Counted from the first letter of the stretch, positions 10,801 through 20,215 are shown. The stretch: 64,000 nt of DNA from Minisyncoccota bacterium (GCA_041666045.1 JBAYHR010000004.1:4996-68995), one strand, 5' to 3'. Notes: generated from the letters alone by a model not told the origin. Made by a program: numbers and translations.

Positions 10801-11019
10801 ATGGCAATAGAAAAATCAACTGGTTTAATCGGCACAATTGTTGATAAATCAAAAGCGACTAAATGTCTTAATCAAGTAGTTCCCGCTTATTCGAAAGATT
10901 CATATATGATGAGATTTAGATATGGATATTTAAATAAAAACAGAACAAAAAATAAAAGATATAGAAAAAAATTCAAAAGCAGAATTCGTGATTTTTTTAA
11001 AAAATGGTTTAATTTTTAA
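10801..11019 (+). CDS. Hypothetical small basic (K/R-rich) protein
   Basis: ORF only; 72 aa, highly basic C-terminus. Confidence 0.3.
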   Translation: MAIEKSTGLIGTIVDKSKATKCLNQVVPAYSKDSYMMRFRYGYLNKNRTKNKRYRKKFKSRIRDFFKKWFNF

Positions 11020-11038
11020 TAATTAAAAATCATTAAAT

Positions 11039-11224
11039 ATGGAAACATTAATTAATAAAACCAAACTAACATTTGAAGCCATAAGTGAAACTGAAACAAA
11101 AGCTATAGTTGTACGTGAAGGAAAAACATACACAACAAGAGTATCTCACGCTTCTTCTAACGATATAGCAGAATTTAAAACATGGAAAGAAAAATATCTT
11201 TCAGAAAATAAATTTTTTGTTTAA
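11039..11224 (+). CDS. Hypothetical protein
   Basis: ORF only; followed by a hairpin terminator at 11303-11340. Confidence 0.3.
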   Translation: METLINKTKLTFEAISETETKAIVVREGKTYTTRVSHASSNDIAEFKTWKEKYLSENKFFV

Positions 11225-11340
11225 GTTACCACTATCACAAACATTAAAGCTATATTTTCATATAGCTTTTTTATTTCCTAAAATTTAAAATTACAAAATA
11301 AAAAAGCAGTATTTTTTTAATAAATACTGCTTTTAAAAAA

Positions 11341-11751
11341 TTAAATACTTTGATATTTTTTACTTAACTTAACAAGCCAATCATACACTTCACTCCAAGT
11401 TCTAATATTAGAATTTTCAAATTCTTTTTTCCATATAGAAAAAGTAGAATCAGCTTTTCCTTTTACATGGGAAAAAATAATTTCAGAATTTTCTTTCAAA
11501 TTAAAAAGTCCGCTTGATCCAAGAAGCTGACCTTCTTTAATATATGTCAAAAATCCTCTGTGGCTTCTAGGTACATTAATATTAATCAAATGTCCAAAGG
11601 AGGGATTAAAATTACTAATGTTTAACGCATACATTCCGGGTATTTTGTTAAAACAATCTACCCATTTTTTAATATCCTGTTTTCTTTGTTCAGATGAATC
11701 ATATTCAGATTCATTTTTAATTTCTGGAAGATTCTGCTTTTTATTTTTCAT
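11341..11751 (-). CDS. Hypothetical protein
   Basis: 136-aa ORF with an intrinsic terminator downstream. Confidence 0.4.
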   Translation of the reverse strand: MKNKKQNLPEIKNESEYDSSEQRKQDIKKWVDCFNKIPGMYALNISNFNPSFGHLININVPRSHRGFLTYIKEGQLLGSSGLFNLKENSEIIFSHVKGKADSTFSIWKKEFENSNIRTWSEVYDWLVKLSKKYQSI

Positions 11752-11922
11752 GTTTTTAAAATTTTAAAGAATTATTACTATACACCTTTCTAATTATAGA
11801 CTAACTGAAAATCTTTGACTTGTCAATTGTTTTATACTAAGATTATATTGGATATGTTTGGGGTATTCTCCATTAAACATTAAATTGTAAATCAATTGTT
11901 TAATCTTTAAAAACTAAATATT

Positions 11923-12135
11923 ATGACAGAAGAAAAAAAAGTAAAACTTCAAGAAGATTTCGATAAAAACTATGAGGCTTTAAAGAAATCAATTAATGAA
12001 CCTCAGTCAAAATCAGCCAAAAAACAAAAAAAGGTTTTTGATTTTATTGAGTTCAGTAATACTTTAAATAAATTACCTGAACCACCAACTTCAATAGAAG
12101 ACATCAAGTTCCGCGGTTTTCATTACGAAAGTTAA
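11923..12135 (+). CDS. Hypothetical protein
   Basis: 70-aa ORF followed by a strong terminator. Confidence 0.35.
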   Translation: MTEEKKVKLQEDFDKNYEALKKSINEPQSKSAKKQKKVFDFIEFSNTLNKLPEPPTSIEDIKFRGFHYES

Positions 12136-12156
12136 TCTATTAAATAAAATCTTTTA

Positions 12157-12187
12157 AAAGCTCTTGCAGAACGCAAGAGCTTTTTTA
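12157..12187 (+). terminator. Rho-independent terminator
   Basis: gctcttgc / gcaagagc 8-bp stem followed by T6. Confidence 0.7.
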
Positions 12188-12271
12188 TTTTACTATTTTT
12201 ATCCACATCAAAATTTGACAGACATTTTAGAAAGAATAAAATAAAGAAGTTCGTTTAACAATTTTAAAAAA

Positions 12272-12466
12272 GTGATTGAGGAAACTGGTTAAATTCCAGT
12301 ACAGTGCCGCTACGGTAAGCCCACGACGTTATGTCGGGGACAAGTCCGATTATCAATCATTTTAGCTTGTCCCGTACTGAGCTTTGCTCTAGTACTGGGA
12401 TTAGTCCCGAGCAGGATATTCCTATATTTTTAGGAACTTAAATTCTGCCCAAAGCAGGATTTTTTT
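12272..12466 (+). promoter_or_regulatory. Candidate cobalamin (B12) riboswitch
   Basis: GC-rich structured leader; GGTTAAATTCC...ACAGTGCCGCTACGGTAAGCC resembles the cobalamin riboswitch core (GGTGAAATTCC...GCCACTGTAA); B12-box-like AGTCCCGAGCAGGA; short hairpin plus U-run immediately before the ATG; a DUF4430 gene lies downstream. Confidence 0.5.
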
Positions 12467-12467
12467 T

Positions 12468-12893
12468 ATGACAAGAAGAGAAAAAACAAAAAAACTAATA
12501 TTGATAATATTTTTACTAATAATTTGTTTAGTATTAATTTATATATATAGAACTCCTCAAAAGGAAAGTAAAAAAATAAATGAAATAAGCCCAACTGAAA
12601 CACAAGCAAAAACAATTACCCTTTTAATAAATGACACAAAATACGAAACAGATATAACTGAAAATAGCACAGTCTATAATCTTATGGATAAAATTAAAAC
12701 AGAAAGCAAAATAGATTTTAAAGAAAAAAATTATTCTGGAATGGGAAAATTTATTGAAGAAATAAACGGAGTAAAAAATGATGAAAAATATTGGATTTAT
12801 TATGTGAATGGAGAAAAAGCTACTATTGGTGTTTCAAAATATCAAATCAATTCTGGGGATGTCGTGTCCTGGAAATATGAGAACAGTTATTAA
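12468..12893 (+). CDS. DUF4430 domain protein (transcobalamin-like, B12-associated), membrane anchored
   Basis: C-terminal YWIYYVNGEKATIGVSKYQINSGDVVSWKY is the DUF4430 signature; N-terminal TM anchor. Confidence 0.7.
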   Translation: MTRREKTKKLILIIFLLIICLVLIYIYRTPQKESKKINEISPTETQAKTITLLINDTKYETDITENSTVYNLMDKIKTESKIDFKEKNYSGMGKFIEEINGVKNDEKYWIYYVNGEKATIGVSKYQINSGDVVSWKYENSY

Positions 12894-12922
12894 TAGTTAG
12901 TTAATAGTTATTAAAAAAATAT

Positions 12923-14716
12923 ATGAAAAATATAAAAGAAATTTTATTTATAACAGTTTTATTATTTGCTTCAATTACTTCAACAGCTTTTGCTGATACA
13001 ACAATTATTCTTGATATAGAAACAGATACTGGTTCTATTTATAATCAAAGCATAGACGTAGCTCCATGTGATAGTGATAATGATTCTATAACTCCAGATA
13101 CAACAAGTGCTTACTGTACATTAGTTCAATCAGGAATTGCAAGTGATTGGTCTGGATTATGGATAAATTCTATTAACAATGTTTTAAATAATGATGGTGG
13201 TAATGGTATTTATTGGATGTGGCTTGCAAATTTAAACATAGATAATCCCTATTCTGATTTTACTTGTCACCAAGATGCTCCATCTGGATGTTCAGCTAAA
13301 GAATACATTTTAAATTCTAATGACAAAATATTATTTTACTACAACACAAACCCATTAAATATTTTAATAGATAATTTAAATCCAACGGTTGGAGATACTA
13401 TAACAATAAGTATAAAAGAATTAGGGTTAGATGGATGGACTTCAGTTTGGAATCCTGCAGTTGGAGGAAAAGTAATTATTAATTCAAATACCTATGATCT
13501 TGATTCTAACGGAGCATATTCTTTTTTAATTTCTGATACTACTCCACTTGAAATAAAAGGACGAAAAGATGGTTTTATTGATACATCACTAATAAACATA
13601 ACCCCATCTCCCAAACCAGAACCTCCTCCAGAACCAGAACACCATAGTTCAAGTGGAAGTTATATTTCTCCAACTATTGTTAATATTCCCATAAAACCAA
13701 CTTTTGATATTAAAAAAGCTTTTGATTTTATTATATCACAGCAAAATGAAAACGGATCTTTTGGTGAAGATATTTATACAGATTGGACTGCACTTGCTCT
13801 TGCAACTGACACATTACATCAAGATCAAAAAAACAAAATTATAAAATATCTTTCAGAAAATAAATTAAACGGAGAAAATTTGACTGATTATGAAAGACAT
13901 TCTATGGCACTTATGGCTTTAGGATTAAATCCATATAGTCTAAACGGAGAAAATTATATTGAAAAAATTATTAAAAATTTTGATGGCATACAATTTGGTG
14001 ATTTAAATCAAGATAATGATGATATTTTTGCTTTGATAGTTCTACAAAATGCTGGATATACACGAGATGAAAAAATTATTACAGATACAATAAATTTTAT
14101 TATTTCTAAACAAAAAGAAAATGGGTCTTGGGATGAAAGTATAGATATGACTGGTGCAGGCATAGAAGCATTAGCGAATTTTAAAGAAAATGAACAAGTT
14201 AAAAATGCATTAACAAAAGCTAAAGAATATCTTAAACAAAACCAAAAAGAAAATGGCGGATGGACTAATGTTTCATCTACTGCATGGGCAATACAAGGAA
14301 TTTTAGCTCTTAGTGAAAAAATTGAAGATAAAACTTTAGAATATCTAGCTTTAAATCAAGACATAGATGGTGGAATCAAAAACGAAAATATGCAAAATAA
14401 AATCTGGCAAACAAGTTATGCTTTGACTTCCCTATCTGGAAAAACATGGAATCAAATAATGCAAAAATTTGATAAATTAGAAATTGAAGCTCCAAAAATA
14501 ATTCCAGAAAGAAATCTTGCTTCAAACATAAATTCTTCACACAAAACAGAATTTATTAAAAAAATATCCAAGTTCCAAAAACAAAAAATAAGTGAAAAAA
14601 ACATAGAAGAAACTGTAAAAATTGATGAAAATCAAACAAAAGAAATTGCACCAGAAATACCCAAAAAAGATAATTGGTTCAAAAGATTAATTAAAAAAAT
14701 TTTTAGTATTTTTTAG
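12923..14716 (+). CDS. Secreted protein with prenyltransferase/squalene-hopene-cyclase-like (alpha-alpha toroid) repeats
   Basis: Signal peptide; repeated QxxENGSW/GGW motifs (QQNENGSFGE, KQKENGSWDE, QKENGGWTN); commonly partnered with DUF4430. Confidence 0.55.
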   Translation: MKNIKEILFITVLLFASITSTAFADTTIILDIETDTGSIYNQSIDVAPCDSDNDSITPDTTSAYCTLVQSGIASDWSGLWINSINNVLNNDGGNGIYWMWLANLNIDNPYSDFTCHQDAPSGCSAKEYILNSNDKILFYYNTNPLNILIDNLNPTVGDTITISIKELGLDGWTSVWNPAVGGKVIINSNTYDLDSNGAYSFLISDTTPLEIKGRKDGFIDTSLINITPSPKPEPPPEPEHHSSSGSYISPTIVNIPIKPTFDIKKAFDFIISQQNENGSFGEDIYTDWTALALATDTLHQDQKNKIIKYLSENKLNGENLTDYERHSMALMALGLNPYSLNGENYIEKIIKNFDGIQFGDLNQDNDDIFALIVLQNAGYTRDEKIITDTINFIISKQKENGSWDESIDMTGAGIEALANFKENEQVKNALTKAKEYLKQNQKENGGWTNVSSTAWAIQGILALSEKIEDKTLEYLALNQDIDGGIKNENMQNKIWQTSYALTSLSGKTWNQIMQKFDKLEIEAPKIIPERNLASNINSSHKTEFIKKISKFQKQKISEKNIEETVKIDENQTKEIAPEIPKKDNWFKRLIKKIFSIF

Positions 14717-15327
14717 TTAATATAAAAAAATCCTAATATAACTGCAGTAAGATTAAGGGCTGCATGAGACCACGAAACTAAGAGTAAATTAGGATATTTT
14801 AAGTAGAGCCAAGCAAAGAAAATCCCTGACACAAAAGCAATTGGCAATCCTATCCCTAGGTTTGGATAAATTACATGAATTAATGTAAACAAAAGAGCAT
14901 TTACTAAAATAATAACGTAACTACTTGTAAAAATTTGTTTTAATTTTGGTATTAAAAAAGAACGAAAAGCAAATTCTTGAAAAAAAGAAACCGGCAAGAA
15001 AAATACGAAGGTTTTAATAAAAAAGATTTTTGTATCTATGTCTGGCATATTTATTTTATGATCAAGTAAAAAAAGAAATCCTATTCCAAGGATAGTAAAA
15101 AATAAATAAAAAAGAAAAGCTTTTTTAAAATTATCATGACGCAAACCCATTTCTTCGTGTGTCCAATGCTCATGACGAATAATCCCATAAATAAAAAGAG
15201 AGCTTATTGCAAGCAAAACCATACGCCAATTAGGAGATAATATATTAAAATAAAGCACCAAAACAGGTAAAACAAAAATTAAAAAAATCTGCGTTATTAT
15301 TAATCTTTTTGAAGGTTTATTTTCCAT
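14713..15327 (-). CDS. CPBP family intramembrane metalloprotease (CAAX protease-like)
   Basis: Polytopic; EExxxR-like (HEEMGLRH), FQEFAFRSF and HAALN motifs. Confidence 0.65.
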   Translation of the reverse strand: MENKPSKRLIITQIFLIFVLPVLVLYFNILSPNWRMVLLAISSLFIYGIIRHEHWTHEEMGLRHDNFKKAFLFYLFFTILGIGFLFLLDHKINMPDIDTKIFFIKTFVFFLPVSFFQEFAFRSFLIPKLKQIFTSSYVIILVNALLFTLIHVIYPNLGIGLPIAFVSGIFFAWLYLKYPNLLLVSWSHAALNLTAVILGFFYIN

Positions 15328-15344
15328 TGTTATTTATTTTAACA

Positions 15345-15380
15345 CAAAAACCCCGTCACTTGTAAGTGACGGGGTTTTTA
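15345..15380. terminator. Bidirectional rho-independent terminator
   Basis: ccccgtcact / agtgacgggg 10-bp GC-rich stem flanked by A- and T-runs. Confidence 0.8.
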
Positions 15381-15384
15381 AAAA

Positions 15385-15513
15385 TTATTCTTCTTTTGTT
15401 TTATGTGATTCATGATCACAACTTTCTCCTTCACATTTATGACCTTCATCTTTTTTACAGCAATCCTTTTCATCCTTTCCAGATCCACAATCACACTTTT
15501 TTTCTTCTTCCAT
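15385..15513 (-). CDS. Small Cys/His-rich acidic protein, possible metal-binding peptide (not in ORF track, below 60 aa)
   Basis: Manual translation gives MEEEKKCDCGSGKDEKDCCKKDEGHKCEGESCDHESHKTKEE (42 aa; 8 Cys, 3 His); ATG start and TAA stop; its own terminator immediately downstream. Confidence 0.45.
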   Translation of the reverse strand: MEEEKKCDCGSGKDEKDCCKKDEGHKCEGESCDHESHKTKEE

Positions 15514-15575
15514 AATTTAAATTCATAGATTAATTAATAATATATCTACGACTATTGCACCAATATTGTAGCATA

Positions 15576-16193
15576 TTATTTCTTTTTCCGCCATTCAACA
15601 TTTTTCCCAATATCACGCTCTATTTTATCAGCCAAACGCAATTTTTTAAAAACCTTTTTGGACGCAATATCATAATGTTTTATTTTATCCAACTCTTCAT
15701 CTATTCCCCACAAATCTTTTTCCTCAACTTCCCATCCTTTTTTAAAAATATTTAAATCAAGCGGTTTAGAATATTTACGTAAAGTCTTTACTCCATTATC
15801 CAAAAAATATTCATGAAAATATGACATCACAAGCTCACGTATATTTTTATAAACAGGCTCGCGATAACGCAAAACTCCATGATTTGTTTTAGATAAAGCC
15901 CCCCATAAACCATCTTCCTTAAATAAGTTGATTATGTGATCAAAGTCATGTTTAGTCGTCTTTAAATGCAAAATCAAAGGTTTATGACCATGTAATGAAA
16001 GGATATATGCTCCCAAAAGTGCCCCTTCCATACAATGTGCATTTTTATCTCTCAAAACCCTGATTGGTGACTTTAAAGTCCCAATTCCATCTTCCTCAAA
16101 ATTAAACTTCAAAGTATTCAAAAAATCCTGCACCTTCACTGGTGTATTTAATTTTTTCATTAAAGCTATTTCTTTTTTTGTGAAAGATAACAT
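15576..16193 (-). CDS. Hypothetical protein, possible transglutaminase-like/papain-fold cysteine peptidase
   Basis: NAHCMEGALLGAYIL ... H ... D arrangement suggests a Cys-His-Asp triad; weak. Confidence 0.35.
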   Translation of the reverse strand: MLSFTKKEIALMKKLNTPVKVQDFLNTLKFNFEEDGIGTLKSPIRVLRDKNAHCMEGALLGAYILSLHGHKPLILHLKTTKHDFDHIINLFKEDGLWGALSKTNHGVLRYREPVYKNIRELVMSYFHEYFLDNGVKTLRKYSKPLDLNIFKKGWEVEEKDLWGIDEELDKIKHYDIASKKVFKKLRLADKIERDIGKNVEWRKKK

Positions 16194-16199
16194 TAAAAA

Positions 16200-16661
16200 C
16201 TAATTTTCAAAACATTTATTCTCGCCACCAAATTTTAGACAATTTTTTAAAATTTTCATATTTGCTTCTTGATTAATAACCTTTTCATATAACATTATCT
16301 CATTATTGTCTTTTTCAAGACTAGACCTAATTAAATCTAAATATGAAAGAGCAACAGTAGCTAACATCACTAAAAAGACTATAAAACCTAAATAAACTAG
16401 ATTTTCTGTTTTTTCAATTCTTTTGACAGCCGTTTTAGTGTTTTCTTCAAGTGTAATAAAACTTTGAACTAGATTGTTTTTCTCTACCTCATCAGCAGAA
16501 GAAACAGGCCTAGAGACGCTTGTATCAATATTACCTGTGTTAGTATTAGTGGTAATACTAGCATTAGAAATATAAATAGATTGATCTAATGTATCAAATC
16601 TTTTTTTATAAAAGAAAACAACAGACAAAAACCAATTTTTAAATTTTTTCAACCAAGACAT
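16200..16661 (-). CDS. Hypothetical membrane protein
   Basis: One TM segment; ORF only. Confidence 0.35.
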   Translation of the reverse strand: MSWLKKFKNWFLSVVFFYKKRFDTLDQSIYISNASITTNTNTGNIDTSVSRPVSSADEVEKNNLVQSFITLEENTKTAVKRIEKTENLVYLGFIVFLVMLATVALSYLDLIRSSLEKDNNEIMLYEKVINQEANMKILKNCLKFGGENKCFEN

Positions 16662-17034
16662 AGTGTTTTTCTGAATCAGTTATTGATTCACCATCTACAG
16701 AAACTTTAATCCAATATTTACCAAATACTGGGAAAAGAATATTAATAAAACTACCAACAAAATTAGCTATACCTGTTTCTTTAAATTCTAATTTCTTTTC
16801 AACAAATGCAATCATTTTATTATTATCACTTAAATTAATAATTTCTATTTTTTGTATACAAGAGGTATTTGGAGAACCTATTGTACTTACAGCAACAGAA
16901 AACTGACTATGAACTGCTGGTGTACTTGTAGCTTGTATTTTTTCAAATACACCAATAAATGAACCTTTACCTTTTTGATCTATAAGTACCTGATCACAAA
17001 CTAACATATAATTTAATTTAATATCATTTCCCAT
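16639..17034 (-). CDS. Hypothetical protein
   Basis: ORF only. Confidence 0.35.
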   Translation of the reverse strand: MGNDIKLNYMLVCDQVLIDQKGKGSFIGVFEKIQATSTPAVHSQFSVAVSTIGSPNTSCIQKIEIINLSDNNKMIAFVEKKLEFKETGIANFVGSFINILFPVFGKYWIKVSVDGESITDSEKHYVLVEKI

Positions 17035-17038
17035 ATTT

Positions 17039-17320
17039 TTATTTTTTATCTCCTAAATCTTTTAAATCAGCCATTTGGATTGGGCTTTGTATTTGCGGTG
17101 GTGTCATGTCAATCACCCCAAATTGTTTTTCATAATTTTCTATTTGCTTATTCATCCAAATTGCTATACTTTTCATTGTTTGTGGTGTTGTTGCAAAAGA
17201 ATCCAAATTATTGCCAGAAGTTAAAGCAAAAGAAAAAAGTTCTTTGCCAAAAGCGCCAATTGCTCCATCGCAAAACTTCTTTGGTAATTGATTCATATCT
17301 ACTTTTGTTGGATCTATCAT
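17039..17320 (-). CDS. Hypothetical protein
   Basis: ORF only. Confidence 0.3.
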   Translation of the reverse strand: MIDPTKVDMNQLPKKFCDGAIGAFGKELFSFALTSGNNLDSFATTPQTMKSIAIWMNKQIENYEKQFGVIDMTPPQIQSPIQMADLKDLGDKK

Positions 17321-17448
17321 AGTTTTATATTATTTAAATTTATAATCTTATCGAGCCATTATAGCACACTTTTAGTAATTTTCAAAATCAAAAAACTCTT
17401 ATTTCTTATAAAAACTATCCTTGTAAATTATTTAAAATATATTTTATA

Positions 17449-18141
17449 CTATTCAATCTTGTCTGATTTTTGTAAATTATGTTTCATACAAAGTAATTTA
17501 ACATTACTTGAAGACAAGCTTGTTCCACCTTTTGAAAAAGGTAAATCATGATCAAAATGAAGATTTTTTGAATCACCACACAAAACACACTTTCCTTGAT
17601 CTCTTTTCCAAACTTCTCTTTTAACTTCTGAAGGTATTAATCTAGTATGTTCAAGTTTTATATTTTCTACGCCAGAATTTTCTTCTCGATTAGATAATTT
17701 TAAAATATACCTAAATACATTTCGTTTTCCATCATTAACAACTTTATAATCTATTAAATCAAAATATCCTTTTAACGACCAAGTTCCGGGTAATATTTTT
17801 TCGTAAACTTTAACTAACTCTGGTTTGTTATCTTTTTTATATTTATTAACAGCTTCAATAAAATATCCATTTTGTGTTAGTTTTCCACTTGGTAACTTTT
17901 CTGGTTGATCTTGTTCTTTAGAGTTTTCAGAATAATTTATTGCTAAATCATGACCTTCATATTCAATAGTTATTCTATCACTATGAATTTTATCAGAATA
18001 TGGAGCATTTGATTTTTGAGACATTAAAACAACAGAGTACAAAGGATTCATACGAAAATTCATTCCACGTTGCATAACCTCCTGATTTTCAGCCTCACAC
18101 ATTTCTCTATAGCTTAATATGTCATCTAAAATTTTTCTCAC
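17449..18141 (-). CDS. HNH endonuclease with N-terminal PUA/SRA-like domain (candidate modification-dependent restriction enzyme)
   Basis: C-terminal CVLCG...HFDHDLPFSKGG...N...C..HN HNH motif; N-terminal YSVVLMS...ITIEYEGHD resembles SRA/YDG-type modified-base readers. Confidence 0.6.
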   Translation of the reverse strand: MRKILDDILSYREMCEAENQEVMQRGMNFRMNPLYSVVLMSQKSNAPYSDKIHSDRITIEYEGHDLAINYSENSKEQDQPEKLPSGKLTQNGYFIEAVNKYKKDNKPELVKVYEKILPGTWSLKGYFDLIDYKVVNDGKRNVFRYILKLSNREENSGVENIKLEHTRLIPSEVKREVWKRDQGKCVLCGDSKNLHFDHDLPFSKGGTSLSSSNVKLLCMKHNLQKSDKIE

Positions 18142-18194
18142 AGCTGCAGCATATCATAATCTATAAATTATTGCAGCGAAAATATTCCCAAAGC

Positions 18195-18224
18195 AAAAAA
18201 GAACCTCTTGTGAGGTTCTTTTTT
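18195..18224 (-). terminator. Rho-independent terminator
   Basis: aagaacctc / gaggttctt 9-bp stem with T-run. Confidence 0.7.
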
Positions 18225-18235
18225 GAAAACATTTT

Positions 18236-18418
18236 TTATTTCATTGCTTCTGCGTCTACTTTTGACATAAACTTAAACATATTTCCTCCACAAACAGAAC
18301 ATTGTCCTTTTGCAGAATATCTTCCATTTTTTTCTTCTACTTTTGGATCCTTCATCACTTGCATGGTTGGCTTATTTTCTGCACTTCTACACTTCATACA
18401 CAATGCTTTTAATTCCAT
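18236..18418 (-). CDS. Small zinc-ribbon protein (CxxC...CxxC)
   Basis: 60 aa with CMKC and CSVCGG pairs. Confidence 0.5.
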   Translation of the reverse strand: MELKALCMKCRSAENKPTMQVMKDPKVEEKNGRYSAKGQCSVCGGNMFKFMSKVDAEAMK

Positions 18419-18463
18419 ATATTTTTTTATTTTATTATTAATAATAATTAACTTATAAATAAA

Positions 18464-18859
18464 TTATTCTGTTGTCTTACCGTCAAAATGCTCAGCTTCA
18501 TCTGCCTCTGCGTCAGCTTTAGTATTATGAACAACTCCATCACGATGATTCGCTGGAGCATAAACTGTGTAAAGTTTCATTTTTGTTGCTCCTGTATTTA
18601 TAATATTGTGTTCTGTCCCAGCTGGAACCAAAATAGCAAAACCATCTGAAATATCATGAGACACTCCATCAAGCACTGCTTTACCTTCCCCACTTTCAAC
18701 TCTCAAAAATTGATCAAGATGATGCACTTCAGCACCGATCTCTTCACCAACATTTAAACTCATTAAAACCAATTGGCAATTTTTCGCAGTATAAAGAACT
18801 TTTCTAAAAAGCTCATTATCTAAACTCAACTTCTCAATATTTTCTACAAATCCTTTCAT
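18464..18859 (-). CDS. Cupin domain protein
   Basis: Cupin_2-like core (GAEVHHLDQFLRVESGEG ... AILVPAGTEHNI). Confidence 0.65.
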   Translation of the reverse strand: MKGFVENIEKLSLDNELFRKVLYTAKNCQLVLMSLNVGEEIGAEVHHLDQFLRVESGEGKAVLDGVSHDISDGFAILVPAGTEHNIINTGATKMKLYTVYAPANHRDGVVHNTKADAEADEAEHFDGKTTE

Positions 18860-18908
18860 AATTTTTTAAAGTTAGTTAATAATACTTACTAAGTATAGTA
18901 TACATCAT

Positions 18909-19244
18909 TTAAACTTCTTTTACTTTAATCTCTTTCGGAAAACTATTTAAAGCTTTTGTAGTGGCGCGGATAGAAAATATCACAAATGGTAAAAAGAAAA
19001 AAGAAGGTATCATAATAAGCCAAAATAGAAATTTAACTATTCCATAAGGCCCTGCGATAAGTGATGTATAACCAAAAATAAAAGTTATTATAAGCAATAA
19101 AAGGTTTATAATAAATATAGTTATAGCTGAACCTCTAACCTCTTTAATAAGAAATTTACTACCAAAACTTTTTGGGTCACGAGAAGCTTCTTTTGCGTCT
19201 TTTATTAAAGACGGTATCATAAAAATTTTAAAGATAAGCATCAA
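18909..19244 (-). CDS. Hypothetical membrane protein
   Basis: Three TM helices; ORF only. Confidence 0.4.
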   Translation of the reverse strand: MMLIFKIFMIPSLIKDAKEASRDPKSFGSKFLIKEVRGSAITIFIINLLLLIITFIFGYTSLIAGPYGIVKFLFWLIMIPSFFFLPFVIFSIRATTKALNSFPKEIKVKEV

Positions 19245-19818
19245 GTTGTTTTTGTTTTTTATAAAACCTAGCTACAACTAAAATAGTCATAAGAGCAATA
19301 AAAGTAATAAGAGATAACATAGGAAAAGAAATATATCCGCCAAATTCATCTACAAGTCTCTGCACACAAGACACTCCTGATGGATCACAAGATTCTGTGT
19401 TAGCTTGAAAGTAATAAATAAAATTCTGATAAATGGCAACAAAAAAACCAGTAATTAAAAGCGGAAAAGAATAATGCGCTACTTTCCTATCTTTTTTAAT
19501 ATATGCCATTCCAAAAAGAACTACTTGAGAAAATAAAAATATTCTTTGGAACCAACATAATTTGCAAGGCAAAAATCCTATAATTTCAGAATAAATTAAA
19601 GAAAATGCCATCGCAAAAAAAGAAATTATAAAACCAATAATTAAAAAATGCTCTTTAATGAAAGAAAGAAATTTATTTTCTTTAGGACCAAAAAATAAAA
19701 AGATAATAGCAAGCACAGATAAAAACTGTAAAATTATTGAGAAAATTCCAAGTGTAAAATTTAAATAACTTATATAAGTAGGCATAATTATTGTGGTATT
19801 TCTGGTGGTAAAACACAA
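19228..19818 (-). CDS. dsbB: Disulfide bond formation protein B (DsbB/BdbC family)
   Basis: Four TM helices; LPCKLCWFQR CxxC in the first periplasmic loop; second Cys pair CDPSGVSC. Confidence 0.6.
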   Translation of the reverse strand: MCFTTRNTTIIMPTYISYLNFTLGIFSIILQFLSVLAIIFLFFGPKENKFLSFIKEHFLIIGFIISFFAMAFSLIYSEIIGFLPCKLCWFQRIFLFSQVVLFGMAYIKKDRKVAHYSFPLLITGFFVAIYQNFIYYFQANTESCDPSGVSCVQRLVDEFGGYISFPMLSLITFIALMTILVVARFYKKQKQLDAYL

Positions 19819-20180
19819 CCAGTTTTTTCTGCAAGCGTGACTAAAGGAATTTCTCCACTTAAGCGCGTATCATCAGCAAATATCCAAGTTGGATAACCTT
19901 TTATATCTTTTTCTTTGCAAATTTGTGTTTGTTCTTGCGCATCTGGAGTTGAACATTCAACATAAGAAAGTAATTTTTCCGATGAACCGAAAAGCTCTTT
20001 TTGCGCTTTGCAATGTGTACACCAAAAAGCGCCATAAAAAACAGCTCCTTTATCTTTTAAACAAATTGCAAAACTGTCATATTTACTAGATGTTTTTGGT
20101 GCAGAATTTTTAGAAACAATAGTTATAATTGAACCTAAAACCAAAATAATAATTATACTAAAAAAGATTTTTATTTTCAT
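19788..20180 (-). CDS. Thioredoxin-fold thiol-disulfide oxidoreductase (DsbA/BdbD-like), membrane anchored
   Basis: N-terminal TM; FWCTHCKAQ CxxC active site. Confidence 0.6.
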   Translation of the reverse strand: MKIKIFFSIIIILVLGSIITIVSKNSAPKTSSKYDSFAICLKDKGAVFYGAFWCTHCKAQKELFGSSEKLLSYVECSTPDAQEQTQICKEKDIKGYPTWIFADDTRLSGEIPLVTLAEKTGCVLPPEIPQ

Positions 20181-20215
20181 ATACTAAATATAACATAAAT
20201 ATTATTAATAATAAA

